Assembly: GCA_963792135.1 (NCBI GenBank)
Contig: CAWBVD010000003.1
Coordinates: forward strand, 90,707-154,706
Direction of reading: 5' to 3'
Origin: an uncultured Actinomycetes bacterium
GTDB lineage: Bacteria > Actinomycetota > Thermoleophilia > Gaiellales > Gaiellaceae
DNA length: 64,000 nt
Part shown: positions 1-10,758 of the stretch, in pieces
How the letters are laid out: the number at the start of each line of letters is the position of its first letter
Numbering within the stretch: position 1 is the first letter of the stretch
The notes under the pieces: generated by a model
The model's input: only the letters and a program-made list of their open reading frames with translations
Database searches by the model: none
What the model was told of the DNA's origin: nothing
Program-made: the position numbers and the translations under genes

Positions 1-929
1 TCGGTGCTCGGGCCGCTCGATCGCCGAGCTCGTCGTGGCGGCCGCGACGGACGCGGCCACGCTCGCCGGCCACGCACGGCAGCAGACGCGATCCTCGTCT
101 GCTATGCGAAGCTCGACCGCTCGGTGATCGAGGCGGCGGCCGACGGCGGCGTAAAGGTGATCTCCCGCTACGGGGATCGGCATCGACAACATCGACGTCG
201 AGGCCGCCTCCGAGCACGGGCATCCTCGTGACCTACCGAGCCGGACTACTGCCTCGACGAGGTCGCGGACCACACGCTTGCTCTCCTCCTCGCGGCGGCC
301 CGCGGCCTCGCCGAGGCAACCGGCTCGGTGCGCCAAGGCGACTGGGCCGTGCCGCAGGCGGGCATCCACTCGCTGCGCGGCCGGCAGCTGACGCTGCTCG
401 GCGCGGGCCGCATCGGCACACGGGTGGCGGAGCGGGCGCTGGCGTTCGGGCTTCGAATCGTTGCGTACGACCCGTTTGTCAGTGATTCCTCCGGTCGCCG
501 GCATCGAGCTCGCCTCCTCGCTCGAGCAGGCGCTCGCCGGGGCCGACTTCGTCTCGCTGCACGCTCCGATGATTCCCGAGAACCGCCATCTCGTCCGCGA
601 CGAGACGCTCGCCCTGATGAAGCGCGCGCCGGTGCTCGTCAACACCTCGCGCGGCGGCCTCGTCGACCTCGCTGCCGTCACCGCCGCGCTCGACGACGGT
701 CGCCTCGCCGGCGTTGCGCTCGACGTGACCGAGCCGGAGCCGCTGCCTGCGGATCACCCGCTGCGGAGCCATCCGCGCGCGATCGTCACGCCGCACATGG
801 CGTTCTACTCGGCGGAGGCGCAGGACGAGCTCAAGCGCCGCTCCGCCGACGAGATCGCTCCGCGCGCTCACCGGCGAGCCGCCGCGGTCGCCGGTGAACG
901 TCGACGCGATCGCAGCCGCAGCACGCTGA
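1..929 (+). pseudogene. D-isomer-specific 2-hydroxyacid dehydrogenase, 5'-partial, about 5 frame breaks
   Basis: Family motifs are split over successive + frames: VKVISRYG / IGIDNIDVEAASEHG / DYCLDEVADHTLALLLAAARG..LLGAGRIGTRVAERALAFGLRIVAYDPFV / IELASSLEQALAGADFVSLHAP..NTSRGGLVD. The tail ALTGEPPRSPVNVDAIAAAAR* reads only in the next frame (stop 927-929). Breaks near 175, 222, 237, 480 and 857. Confidence 0.75.
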
Positions 930-934
930 GCGCG

Positions 935-1706
935 GTGCCGGCGGCGATCTATCCCGACCTGGCCGGGAAGACGGCCTTCGTCACCGGCGGCTCCAAGGGC
1001 ATCGGGGCGGCAACCTGCCGCCTGCTCGCCGAGAACGGCGCCAAGGTCGCGGTCGTCGCACGCGGCCTCGAGGCGGCCGAGGAGCTCGCAGCCGAGCTGC
1101 GACGGGACGGCGCCGAGGCGATCGCCCTGAGCGCCGACTGTACGGCGCCGGAGCAGGTCGGGCGAGCCCGGGCCGCGGCCGAGGAACGGCTCGGCCCGGT
1201 CGGGCTGCTGGTGCCGTTCGCAGGAGGGTTCGAGAGCTTCACGCCCGTCGCGGAGATGACGGTCGAGGAGTTCCGGACGGTCGTGGACGACAACCTCACG
1301 TCGACGTTCATCACGGTTCGTGCCTTCCTGCCGGCGATGATCGAGCGCCGGAGCGGGGCGATCGTGACGATGTCGTCGATCTCGGCACGCTTCCTGGACA
1401 AGCTCACGCAGGCGGCGTACGCGGCCGCGAAGGCGGGCGTGATCATGTTCACGCGACACCTCGCGATCGAGGTCGGCGAGCACGGGATCCGCGCGAACTG
1501 CGTCGCGCCCGGCACGACCATGTCGGAGCGCATCGAGCGCGTGATGACGCCGGAGGCGATCGACTACACGGCCGCGCTCTCGCCGCTGCGCCGGCTGGGC
1601 GCGCCCGGCGGACACGGCCCATGCGACGGTGTTCCTGCTCTCCGACGTCTCCGGGTGGCTCACCGGCGTCACGATCGACGTCACGGGCGGCCGGGTGATG
1701 CTGTGA
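935..1706 (+). CDS. Short-chain dehydrogenase/reductase (SDR), one +1 frame break near 1610
   Basis: GTG 935 lies in the frame of ORF 461..1762. TGGSKGIG Rossmann motif and YAAAKAG catalytic motif. The C-terminus ADTAHATVFLLSDVSGWLTGVTIDVTGGRVML* reads only in the next frame. Confidence 0.8.
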
Positions 1707-2241
1707 GGTACGTCACGGCCGCCGTCCGCGCCGGCTCGATCGCCGCCAGCGCCTCGCGATAGGCGTCGCCTTCGAGCACCGCGCGCGCCTCGACGAGACT
1801 CTCGAATCGGAGGTCGAGGATCCAGTCCCACGCGCGGCTGTCGCCACCGGCGTTCCGTGCGAAGGTAGCGAGCCCGACCGCGGGCTCGCAACCGTTCGAC
1901 CGGACGAAGGCGGCCGTGTGGCGCACGGCTGCCGGCGGCTCCTCCCCGGGGATCCAGTCGACCCGCGCGGTCAGCTCGGCGACGCTGACCGACGCGTTGT
2001 AGGCCGCCACCTCCTTGTGGCCCGGGTCGGCGAAGTACGCGGCGTACCCGTCGGCGTCGTCGAAGTCGAGGTGGAGCGCGACGTCGTACGCCCCCTCGGC
2101 CGGCAGAAGGTTCTCGCCGAAATCGATTGCCCGCACGCTCGTGCACCGCTCCGGAAGCGAGGCCAGGCCGCGCAGCATCTCGGCGCGCTGCTCGGCGGTC
2201 GTGCCCGGGCGCAGCAGGAAGAGCGCCGTGTGCCGGAACAA
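1681..2241 (-). CDS. Stress-responsive A/B-barrel (Dabb) domain protein, two tandem halves
   Basis: ORF 186 aa. MFRHTALFLLRPGTTAEQ..FDDADGYAAYFADPGHKEV is a typical Dabb pattern, and a second half starts at VRHTAAFVR. Confidence 0.6.
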   Translation of the reverse strand: MFRHTALFLLRPGTTAEQRAEMLRGLASLPERCTSVRAIDFGENLLPAEGAYDVALHLDFDDADGYAAYFADPGHKEVAAYNASVSVAELTARVDWIPGEEPPAAVRHTAAFVRSNGCEPAVGLATFARNAGGDSRAWDWILDLRFESLVEARAVLEGDAYREALAAIEPARTAAVTYLTASPGRP

Positions 2242-2242
2242 G

Positions 2243-3232
2243 CTACGCGGCTGCGGGCGCGCGGGCCTCGAGCCCGAAGAGCTCGATCACGTTGTCGCCG
2301 GCGATCCGCGTCGCCGTCTGCTCGCCCACGGCCTCGACCAGCGCGACCCACGGCTCCGGCGTTGCCATGTCGCACGGCAGGTCGGTGCCCATGAGCATGT
2401 TCGCGGCGCCGACCTGGTCGATCAGGAAGCGGAGCGCCTTCGTGTCGTGCGTCAGGCAGTCGAAGCGGACGCGGCCGAAGTAGGCGCGGGGATCCGCGGG
2501 CGCCTCCGGCGGGAAGGAACCGGTGCGCATCTTCCGTCCGTGGCGCAGGCGGCCCACCTGGTAGGAGAAATAGCCGCCCGAGTGCACGATGACCACGGTC
2601 AGCCCCGGGTGGCGGTCGAGAACGCCCGCCATGATCAGCCGCTCGATCGCGATCGTCGTCTCGTACATGTTCCCGACGATGTTCTGGAGCGAGAAGCGGC
2701 TGTAGCCGGGATGCGGGTGCTGGTAGGCGGGGTGCAGCAGCACGGGAAGCCCCAGCTCCGCGGCCGCGGCCCAGAACGGCTCGAACTGCGGCTCGTCGAG
2801 CCGGGCGGCACCGGTGGAGGTGCCGATCTCGACGCCCACGCACCCGCGCGAGCGCTGCTCGGCGAGCACCTCCGCGGCACGTTGCGGGTCCTGCAGCGGC
2901 ACCGTCGCCATCCACCAGAGCCGGTCGGGCCGCCGTGCCGCCATGTCGCGCAGCCCGTCGTTGACGATCTCGGCGAGCGCCGCAGCGGCGTCGGCGTCGA
3001 CCTCGTAGTAGAAGAACGGCGGGTCGACGGAGACGACGGCGCCGTCGAGGCCGTGCTCCTCTAGATTCCGGACCTTGGCGTCGGCGTCGTAGAACTCGGG
3101 CTCGAGCTCGTACTCGCCCTCGGCGCCACCGCTCATGTGGTGGCCGGTCACGTCGATCCCGAACTGCGGCTCGCCCGCGAAGAACTCGAGCACCGACTCC
3201 GGCACCCCGTGGTTGTGGACGTCGATCTTCAC
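2243..3232 (-). CDS. Amidohydrolase-2 family protein (ACMSD-like metal-dependent hydrolase/decarboxylase)
   Basis: ORF 329 aa. N-terminal MKIDVHNHGVP metal-binding motif, VIVHSGG, and TDLPCD near the C-terminus. Confidence 0.75.
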   Translation of the reverse strand: MKIDVHNHGVPESVLEFFAGEPQFGIDVTGHHMSGGAEGEYELEPEFYDADAKVRNLEEHGLDGAVVSVDPPFFYYEVDADAAAALAEIVNDGLRDMAARRPDRLWWMATVPLQDPQRAAEVLAEQRSRGCVGVEIGTSTGAARLDEPQFEPFWAAAAELGLPVLLHPAYQHPHPGYSRFSLQNIVGNMYETTIAIERLIMAGVLDRHPGLTVVIVHSGGYFSYQVGRLRHGRKMRTGSFPPEAPADPRAYFGRVRFDCLTHDTKALRFLIDQVGAANMLMGTDLPCDMATPEPWVALVEAVGEQTATRIAGDNVIELFGLEARAPAAA

Positions 3233-3244
3233 CGGAGCCCGAGT

Positions 3245-4261
3245 CTACGGCCGGCGCTCACCGGAGGGGCTGATCGGCCGATCGCTGCTGCGCATGACGT
3301 CCACGGGCTGCCAGGGCCCGTTCCCGGGCGGGCCGGCCGAGGCGAACACCCGCGGCGGCGCCGCGTGCTCCACGACCGCGGCCCAGAGCGTGTAGCCGTC
3401 GCCACCCCAGCCGTCGGTCTTCGCAACGGGCACGGTGCGGTCGGAGAGGAGCGCCATCAGGTCGTCCGTCGAGTCCGCGCGGGCGAGCGTGCGCTCCGCG
3501 AACGCGCCGCGCGCAACCGAGCTGCGCCCGGCACGGTCATCCGTGCGCTCGATGTCCGTGAGCGGATGGTTCGTGTGCCAGAGCCGTTGTGCCTCGACCG
3601 CCTTGGTCGCGCCGGCGGAGCACTCGAGCGAGACGGCCCCGTCGGGCCCGGCGAGCAGGTAGTGCTGGCCCGAGGCGTGTGGGACGCTCTCAGCGAGCTC
3701 CCGAGCCTGCGCGACTGTCGGCTGCGAGAGCAGGCCGCGGACGAGGCAGGAGACCGGGACGCCCGCGGCCGCGGAGGGCAGCTGGTAGAGCGCGTTGCAC
3801 CAGACGGCGACGCCGGCGCTGTTGACGCCGCAGAGCGCGAGCAGCCCGGCGATCGTGAACGCGATCGTCGTCAATCCCGACTCCGGCTCGACCGACCGGA
3901 TCGCGACGCGGAGCTCGGAGAACCACGCCGGCGTATCCATCGTCTGACCCGAGACGGGAACGCCGCCCCCGCCCGCGAGCGCGACGCTCGTGCAGCGCTC
4001 GACCGCGCCGAAGACGCGCAGCTCGTCCGCGAGGTTGAAGACGAGCACCTCCTCGAACGGAACCGCGGCGCCCTCGGCAATCCCGCGAAGCTCCTCGACC
4101 GCGGCCGGCGTCCATCGGGTCGCCGCCCGGAGATAGGAGTCGCCTCCGACGGGGTGCACCCCGAGCAGCTCGAGCCCGCGGACGACCTGGTCGCGGAGCG
4201 CCTCCCCGCGAGCGCGCCCCCGCTCGCGGGCCGTTCCCGCCACGTCGAGCAGCTCGAGCAT
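3245..4261 (-). CDS. Peptidase C45 / acyl-CoA:6-aminopenicillanate acyltransferase-like protein
   Basis: In-frame ATG at 4261 (MLELLDVAG..). The sequence upstream in the 595-aa ORF is Arg/Glu junk antisense to the MFS gene. ERCTSVAL-type nucleophile region and a HTNHP motif. Confidence 0.6.
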   Translation of the reverse strand: MLELLDVAGTARERGRARGEALRDQVVRGLELLGVHPVGGDSYLRAATRWTPAAVEELRGIAEGAAVPFEEVLVFNLADELRVFGAVERCTSVALAGGGGVPVSGQTMDTPAWFSELRVAIRSVEPESGLTTIAFTIAGLLALCGVNSAGVAVWCNALYQLPSAAAGVPVSCLVRGLLSQPTVAQARELAESVPHASGQHYLLAGPDGAVSLECSAGATKAVEAQRLWHTNHPLTDIERTDDRAGRSSVARGAFAERTLARADSTDDLMALLSDRTVPVAKTDGWGGDGYTLWAAVVEHAAPPRVFASAGPPGNGPWQPVDVMRSSDRPISPSGERRP

Positions 4262-4306
4262 CACCACACCCGCCGAACGTACCAGCAAAGCTGATCTTCT
4301 TCCGCG

Positions 4307-5470
4307 ATGCGTCCCGTCAGCAGGACGACCGGCTTCGCTCTCGTTGCCTTTGCCTTCTTCGTCACGCTGCTCAGCACGACGCTGCCGACGCCGCTCTACC
4401 CGCTCCTCGCGCAGCAGTACGGCTTCGGCGAGCTCCGGGTCACGGTGATCTTCGCGCTGTACGCGATCGGCGTGGTCGTAGGCCTGATCGCGTTCGGAAA
4501 CCTCTCCGACGACGTCGGCCGCAAGCCGCCGCTGCTGCTCGGACTGGCGCTCGCGGCCCTCAGCGCACTGCTCTTCCTGGTCGCGCACTCGCTCGTGCCG
4601 ATCTATGCCGCTCGTGTCATCTCGGGCCTCTCGGCGGGCCTCTTCGCGGGCACGGCGACCGCCTACCTCGTCGAGCTCTCTCCTCCGGCACTCCGCCGCC
4701 GCGCGAGCTTCGTCTCGGCCGTCGTCCTGCTCGTCGGCCTCGGCTGCGGCGCACTCCTCTCGGGACTGCTCGCGACGTACGCGGCCCATCCGCTCCGGCT
4801 GCCGTTCGCCCTCGATCTCGTCCTGCTCGCGGTCGCGGCGATCGGTCTGGTGCTGGTGCCGGAGACGGTCGGGCGAACCGCGCTCCGGCTCCGGCCGCAG
4901 AGGCTCGCCGTACCGGCGGAGGTGCGCGGGGTCTTCATCCGAGCGGCGGCCGCGGGGTTCGCCGCCTTCGCCGCGACGGGCCTCTTCTCCGCCGTGGGGC
5001 CGACGTTCCTGCGTGAGGCGCTCGATCGGCACAGCCCTGCGCTTGCAGGTCTGATGGTGTTCCTCGTGTTCTCGACGGCGCTGGGAGGCCAGCTGCTCGT
5101 CCGCACGATGGCCGATCTGCGCGCGCTCACGCTCGGGTGTGCCCTGCTGTTGCTCGCGACGACGCTGCTCGGGCTGTCGGTCGGGCTCGAGTCGCTCGGG
5201 CTGCTGCTCGTGAGCGCGGTGTTCACCGGTCTCGGGCAGGGAGCGGTGTTCGGCGCCGGGCTGGCGGCGATCAACGCCCGGGCGCCCGCCGATCGCCGCG
5301 GCGAGACGGCGTCGAGCTTCTGGGTGGCGGCGTATGTCGGCCTGTCGGTGCCGGTGATCGCGATCGGCGTCGCGATCGACCAGACGTCACTGCGGACGGC
5401 CGCGATCGCGTTCTGCGTCGTGATCGGCGCGGTCGTGCTGGCGGTGATCCTCGGCCAGCTAGGCCGGTGA
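4307..5470 (+). CDS. MFS transporter
   Basis: ORF 387 aa with about 12 hydrophobic spans. GNLSDDVGRKPPLL matches the MFS loop 2-3 signature. Confidence 0.8.
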   Translation: MRPVSRTTGFALVAFAFFVTLLSTTLPTPLYPLLAQQYGFGELRVTVIFALYAIGVVVGLIAFGNLSDDVGRKPPLLLGLALAALSALLFLVAHSLVPIYAARVISGLSAGLFAGTATAYLVELSPPALRRRASFVSAVVLLVGLGCGALLSGLLATYAAHPLRLPFALDLVLLAVAAIGLVLVPETVGRTALRLRPQRLAVPAEVRGVFIRAAAAGFAAFAATGLFSAVGPTFLREALDRHSPALAGLMVFLVFSTALGGQLLVRTMADLRALTLGCALLLLATTLLGLSVGLESLGLLLVSAVFTGLGQGAVFGAGLAAINARAPADRRGETASSFWVAAYVGLSVPVIAIGVAIDQTSLRTAAIAFCVVIGAVVLAVILGQLGR

Positions 5471-6256
5471 CCAGATGTACGGCGTGGTCGTCGTCACCGC
5501 CGTGAAGCCGAGCCGCTCGAGGATCGGCCGGCTGTCGTCCGACGCGTCGACCTCGAGGTAGCGATAGCCGCGGGCGGCGGCGAGATTCGCGCGGTACGCC
5601 ACGAGCGCGCGGTAGATCCCGCGGCTGCGCCACTCGGGAACCGTGCCTCCGCCCCAGAGCGTCCCGAACTCCGAGCCGGCCTCGTAGCGGATCCAGCCGG
5701 CGCACACGACCTCCTCGCCTGACTCGGCGAGGACGACCGCGAGCGAGTCGGGGTCGGCCGCGTGCTCGCCCTCGAGCATGTCAGCGAGATAGCCGTGATC
5801 CTCGCCCCATACGCGGTGCTCCATCGCGGCAAGGCGGTCGAAGTCGGTACGCGTCGTCACCTCCCGCAGGGAGACGCTCTCCGGGAGTCTCGGCTCGCCC
5901 GCGACGACCTCGACGGGCGCGATCACGACCGTCTCCGTGTCCTCGGGGACGAACCCGGCGGCGCGGAGCCGCTCGGGCAGGTCGGGAGGGACGTCGTGGC
6001 CATACGCCTTCCACTCGAACGCCTCGCCGCGCTCCGAGAAGAGGCGCACCTGGCGCGCGATCAGCTCGTCGAGCTGCTCGCCCTCGATGCCGCCGAGGTC
6101 GCGGTAGCCGACGAACCCGCGACGGCCGAAGCCGAGGAACTGCAGCAGCGGGCCGTCGCGCTCGACCGTGACGCCCGCGGGCAGCGTCGCCGGCACGCGG
6201 TCGCGGAGCTGTGAGTCGTACGCTGCGAGAAGCCCGACGCCCGGCTCGCTGTCCAT
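5459..6256 (-). CDS. GNAT family N-acetyltransferase
   Basis: In-frame ATG at 6256 (MDSEPGVG..). The C-terminal GNAT core is VVCAGWIRYE..WGGGTVPEWRSRGIYRALVAYRANLAAARGYRYLEVDA. The upstream part of the ORF is Arg/Ala junk. Confidence 0.7.
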   Translation of the reverse strand: MDSEPGVGLLAAYDSQLRDRVPATLPAGVTVERDGPLLQFLGFGRRGFVGYRDLGGIEGEQLDELIARQVRLFSERGEAFEWKAYGHDVPPDLPERLRAAGFVPEDTETVVIAPVEVVAGEPRLPESVSLREVTTRTDFDRLAAMEHRVWGEDHGYLADMLEGEHAADPDSLAVVLAESGEEVVCAGWIRYEAGSEFGTLWGGGTVPEWRSRGIYRALVAYRANLAAARGYRYLEVDASDDSRPILERLGFTAVTTTTPYIWSPA

Positions 6257-6258
6257 CT

Positions 6259-7167
6259 TCACTCCGGGGCGTGACGCCGCAGCTCGCGCAGCGCCGGCCC
6301 GAGCGCCTGCCCGCGCTCGAGCACCGGCTCGAAGAGGTCGCCGAGCCGCCCGACCCGCTCGAGCGCCACCGCCATCGAGAAGTCGCGCGGCCGGACGTCC
6401 TCGGTCAGCTCCTCCCACGTGAGCGGCGTCGACACCGGCGCTCCCGGCTTCGGACGCACCGAGTAGACGGACGCGATCGTCTTCCCGTGGCCGTTCTGGC
6501 GGTGGTCGACGAGGACGCCCTCTCGCTTCTTCTTCAGCCACTCGGTCGTCAGCAGGCCCGGGTGCTCGCGCTCGAGCCCGCGCGAGAGCAGCTCAGCGAA
6601 CTCGTAGGTCTCGCCGTACCCCGAGCGCCGCGCGATCGGCGCCAGCACGTGGATGCCGTCGGCGCCGCTCGTCTTCACGTACGAGCGCAGGTCGAGCTCC
6701 TCGAGCGCGCCGCGGATCAGGTGCGCGACCCGCACCGCGAGCGCGAACCCCTCCGGCTCCTCCGGCGGGTCGAGGTCGAAGAGCACGAAGTCCGGCCGGT
6801 CGGGCTTGTCGACGCGCGAGTACCAGGCGTTCATGTCGATGCAATGCATCTGCACCATCCAGAGCAGCGCATCGCGCGAGTTGACGAGCGGGAAGTCGAC
6901 GAGCCGCGACTCACCCTCGCGCGGCCACGTCCGGAACTGCCGCGTGGGGATCCAGGAGGGCATCCCCTTCGGCGCCTGCTTCTGGAAGAAGCTCCCGCCC
7001 GGCAGCCCCTCGCGCCAGCGCTTCATCGTGAACGGTCTGTCCTTCAGGTGGGGCAGGATCGCCGGCGCCACCTCGCCGTAGTACTCGAACAGGTCGCCCT
7101 TCGTGATGCCGTCCTCCGGGAAGAGGACGCGGTCCCCGCTCGAGAGCTTGACCTTCGACGCCGTCAC
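6259..7167 (-). CDS. Stand-alone LigD-type primase-polymerase (PolDom) protein
   Basis: GTG 7167 overlaps the hydrolase stop (GTGA). Motifs KRWREG..FFQK, FDLDP (metal DxD), KTSGADGIHV, VDHRQNGHGKTIASVYSVRP. Confidence 0.8.
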   Translation of the reverse strand: MTASKVKLSSGDRVLFPEDGITKGDLFEYYGEVAPAILPHLKDRPFTMKRWREGLPGGSFFQKQAPKGMPSWIPTRQFRTWPREGESRLVDFPLVNSRDALLWMVQMHCIDMNAWYSRVDKPDRPDFVLFDLDPPEEPEGFALAVRVAHLIRGALEELDLRSYVKTSGADGIHVLAPIARRSGYGETYEFAELLSRGLEREHPGLLTTEWLKKKREGVLVDHRQNGHGKTIASVYSVRPKPGAPVSTPLTWEELTEDVRPRDFSMAVALERVGRLGDLFEPVLERGQALGPALRELRRHAPE

Positions 7168-8073
7168 GCGGGCAGGAACGCGTCGAGCTCGCGCAGCAGC
7201 CCGGCCGGGTTGTCGCCCTGGACGGTGTGCCCGGCGTTCTCGACCTCGACCCAGCGCGCGTTCGGCATGTGCGCCACGAGCTCGTCGGCGTCCTCGGGCA
7301 GCAGCATCTTGCTCTCCCCGCCCCGAACGAGCAGCGTCGGCAGCCTCGATCCGGCCCGCGCGCTCCCAGAGCTCCTGCCGGCGCCGGTTCCAGTCCTCCC
7401 GGAGGGCCGGCGGGCCGGCCATCGGCCGCGGGTCCCACTTCCACGCGAAGCCGCCGTCCGGCCGCTCCCGCAGGTTGAAGAGCAGGCTCGTGCGCAGCAG
7501 GTCGCGATCGCGACGCGGGTTGAAGCTGAGCGCCTGCTCGATGTAGTCGTCGAGCGTATCGAGCTCGACCTTCGCGTTCATGAACGCCGCCACGTCGCGG
7601 CCCCGGTCGGGCGGGACGTTCGGGGCCGTGTCGATCACCACCAGCGCCCGCACGCGCTCCGGCGCGAGCGACGTCGCGTACATCGCGCTCATCCCGCCGA
7701 GCGACATGCCGACCAGGATCACCCGGCCGGCGCCGAGTTGATCGAGCAGCCCGAGGAGGTCGCGCGAGTGCGCGGCCAGGCCGTAGTCCAGCTCGGGCGA
7801 CCACTCGCTGTCGCCGTGCCCGCGCAGGTCGACGGCCACGACGTGGTAGCGGTCGCGCAGCGCCAGGCAGACGATGTCCCACGTGTGGGCCGTCTGCGCG
7901 CCGCCGTGAAGGAAGACGAGCCACGGCTTCCCGTCGGTGCCCCAGTCGAGGTAGTGGAGCCGCGTGTCGCCCGCGATCAGCTGGGCGTCCGTGGGGGCGA
8001 CGAAGTCCGCGACCGGCACCTGCGCCAGCTTGGAGACACGCTGCAGGTACGGGATGACGTCCGTGTCAACCAC
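7164..8073 (-). CDS. Alpha/beta hydrolase, one +1 frame break near 7344
   Basis: VFLHGGAQTAHTWD and the GMSLGG nucleophile elbow. After ..ELWERAGRIE the true tail LPTLLVRGGESKMLLPEDADELVAHMPNARWVEVENAGHTVQGDNPAGLLRELDAFLPA* lies in the next frame (stop 7164-7166). Confidence 0.8.
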
Positions 8074-9205
8074 GCTGCATCTCCCGCGCGATCACGAGCC
8101 GCTGGATCTGGTTCGTGCCCTCGTAGATCTGGGTGATCTTCGCGTCGCGCATCATTCTCTCGACCGGATACTCCTGCATGTACCCGTAGCCGCCGAGGAT
8201 CTGCACGGCGTTCGTCGTGGCCTCCATCGCGACGTCCGAGCAGTAGAGCTTCGTCATCGCCGAGAGCTTGGTCAGCTCGCTTCCCTCCACCCCGTCGTCG
8301 ATCAGCGCGCCGCAGCGGTAGAGCAGCCCGCGCGCGGCCTCGCACGTCGTCTCCATGTCGGCGAGCATGGCGCCCACCAGCTGGTGGCGGGCGATCGGCT
8401 CACCCATCGTCTCGCGCGTGCGAGCGTACTCGAGCGCGTAGTCAGTCGCCCCCTGCGCGATCCCGAGCGCCTGCGCGGCGATCCCGGGCCGCGAGCGGTC
8501 GAGGATCCGCATCGCGAGCCGGAACCCCGCCCCCTCCTCGCCGATCCGGTTCTCGACGGGCACACGGCAGCCGTTGAGGAAGATCTCGCCCGTCGTCGAG
8601 CCCTTGATCCCCATCTTCGGCTCGATCCGGCCGACCTCGAACCCGGGCGCGTCCGACTCCACTGCGAAGGCCGAGATGCCGCGATGGCCCGCCTCGGGGT
8701 CGGTCTTCGCGAAGACGACGTAGACCCCGGCCACGCCCGCGTTCGTGATGAAGCGCTTCGAGCCCTCGAGGACGTAGCCGTCGCCGTCGCGATGCGCCTC
8801 GGTGCGCATCGCAGCCGCGTCGGAGCCCGACCCGGGCTCGGTCAGCGCGTACGCGGCAAGCATCTCGCCGCTCGCGAGCAGAGGCAGAAAGCGCCGCTTC
8901 TGCTCGTCGCTGCCGGAGAGCTTGAACGCGAGCGCGCCCAGCTCCTGCACGGCGACGATCAGCCCGCTCGTCGCGCACGCCTTCGAGATCTCCTCGATCG
9001 ACACGAACGTCGCGAGCGAGCTCGCGCCCACGCCGCCGTACTCCTCGTCGGCGAGCGTGCCGAAGATGCCGTTCTCGCGGAAGAGCTCGACGATGTCCCA
9101 CGGGAACTCGGCCGTCTTGTCGATCTCCGCCGCGCGCGGCGCGATCCGCTCGCGCGCGAGGGTGCGCACCAGGTCGCGGATCGCACGCTGCTCGGCGCTC
9201 AGCAC
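8066..9205 (-). CDS. Acyl-CoA dehydrogenase
   Basis: Intact 379-aa ORF. Typical ACAD pattern: [13 protein letters not shown], catalytic-end ..[15 protein letters not shown]. Confidence 0.9.
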   Translation of the reverse strand: MLSAEQRAIRDLVRTLARERIAPRAAEIDKTAEFPWDIVELFRENGIFGTLADEEYGGVGASSLATFVSIEEISKACATSGLIVAVQELGALAFKLSGSDEQKRRFLPLLASGEMLAAYALTEPGSGSDAAAMRTEAHRDGDGYVLEGSKRFITNAGVAGVYVVFAKTDPEAGHRGISAFAVESDAPGFEVGRIEPKMGIKGSTTGEIFLNGCRVPVENRIGEEGAGFRLAMRILDRSRPGIAAQALGIAQGATDYALEYARTRETMGEPIARHQLVGAMLADMETTCEAARGLLYRCGALIDDGVEGSELTKLSAMTKLYCSDVAMEATTNAVQILGGYGYMQEYPVERMMRDAKITQIYEGTNQIQRLVIAREMQRG

Positions 9206-9228
9206 GCGGCGCAGTCTAGATTCGGACT

Positions 9229-10750
9229 GTGATCCTGGAGAACGGCCTGATCCGGACGATGACGCCGGAGATCCCGGTGCAGCGGGCGCTCGCGATCGCC
9301 GGCGAGCGGATCGCCGGCGGGGTCGGCGTGCACGAGTCGGCGCTCGCCTCGCCCGAGGTGGTCGACCTCGGCGGGCGCGTCGTCGTGCCCGGCTTCACCG
9401 ACGCGCACGTCCACTTCCCCTCCTGGGCGATCGCGCGCACCCAGATCGTCGCTCGACGGCTGCACGTCGCTCGCCGAGGCGCTCGAGCGGATCCGGACGG
9501 CCGAGCGGCGGCGCGGCGACGTGATCAGGGGGCGCGGCTGGCGCAGCGGCGACTGGACCGACGGCGCCGAGCCGACCGCGGCCGCTCTCGACGCCGTCAC
9601 CGGCGGCACGGCCGCGGCGCTGATCTCCAAGGACGGCCACTCGCTCTGGCTCAACTCTGCGGCGCTCGCGCTCGCCGGCGGCGACCTCGAGGTGGAGGGC
9701 GGCGTGGTCGAGCGCGACGAGCGCGGCGAGCCGACGGGCGTCCTGCGGGAGGAGTCGGCGTGGCGCTTCCGCGAGCGGTATCTCGGCGTTCCCGACGACG
9801 TCTACGTCGAGGCGATGCGCGCCGGGCTGAAGGTCGCCGCCCTGCGCGGGGTCACCGCCGTACACGACAAGGACGGCGGGCTCGGCGCCCTCCGCCTCTG
9901 GCGCCGGCTCGAGGAGGCCGAGGCGCTGACGCTGCGGGTCTGGCAGTCGGCGCCCGCCGACCAGGTCGAGCAGCTCCGGGAGGTGGGCATTACGTCCGGC
10001 TTCGGCAGCCCGCTGCTGAAGCTCGGCTACCTGAAGGCCTTCATGGACGGAGCGCTCGGGTCGCAGACCGCGCTGATGCTCGACGGCTCGGGCGTCCGCA
10101 TCACGAGCGGCGAGGAGCTCGGCGAGATCATTCTCGCGGGCGCCCGCGCAGGCCTCCCCGTCGCCGTGCACGCGATCGGCGATGCGGCGAACCGGGACGC
10201 GCTCGACGCGTTCGAGCGGACGCGCGGCACGTGGGCGCCGCTCGGCCTCCGCCACCGGATCGAGCATGCCCAGCTGCTGGCGCCCGAGGATCTCCCCCGC
10301 TTCGCGCAGCTCGGAGTCGCCTGCTCGGTGCAGTTCTCGCACGCGCCCTCCGACCGCGATCTCGCCGACCGCTTCTGGGCCGGAAAGCTCGACGGGGCTT
10401 ACGCCTACCGCTCGCTCGTCGACTCGGGCGCAGTGGTCGCCAACGGCTCCGACGCCCCGATCGAGGAGCTCGACCCGCTCGCCGGGATCCGCGCCGGCGT
10501 CCGTCGGACGATCGACGACCGCCCGGCGTGGCATCCGGCGCAGGCGGTCACGGTGCAGCAGGCGTTCGAGGCGACGACCACGGCGCCGGCGTGGCTCACG
10601 GGCGAGGAGCGGCGGCGCGGCCGCCTGATCCCCGGCTATGCCGCGGACCTCGTCGTCCTCGACCGCGACCCCTGGGAGGATCTCGACGCCGAGGTCGTCT
10701 CGACCATGGTGGCCGGGCGCTGGGTGGTCAACCCGCCGCCCTGGGACTAG
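9229..10750 (+). CDS. Amidohydrolase-3 family (YtcJ-like) metal-dependent hydrolase, one +1 frame break near 9448
   Basis: N-terminus [23 protein letters not shown] in ORF 9229, continued by [41 protein letters not shown] in ORF 9521..10750. Confidence 0.8.
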
Positions 10751-10758
10751 ACAAGGGA

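Noticed and set aside
479-2146. Very long ORFs antisense to or out of frame with recognised genes. Examples: 479..2146(-), 6211..8136(+), the first 310 codons of 13125..15209(+), 22214..24220(-), 38044..40104(-), 58937..60724(+), 61777..63096(+).
   Set aside because: Their products are Arg/Gly/Pro/Asp/Ala low-complexity strings with no motifs, and they overlap genes that carry clear family signatures. In DNA this GC-rich, stop codons are rare in all six frames, so such ORFs are expected by chance.
3245-5032. Long N-terminal extensions in the ORF track: 3245..5032, 5459..6541, 10775..12652, 12112..14007, 32197..34605, 36496..37263 and 63131..63997.
   Set aside because: The extensions are Arg/Glu/Pro-rich junk that overlaps neighbouring genes. 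In each case an internal in-frame ATG or GTG begins the recognisable protein, often with an RBS or a start/stop overlap. Shorter starts were used.
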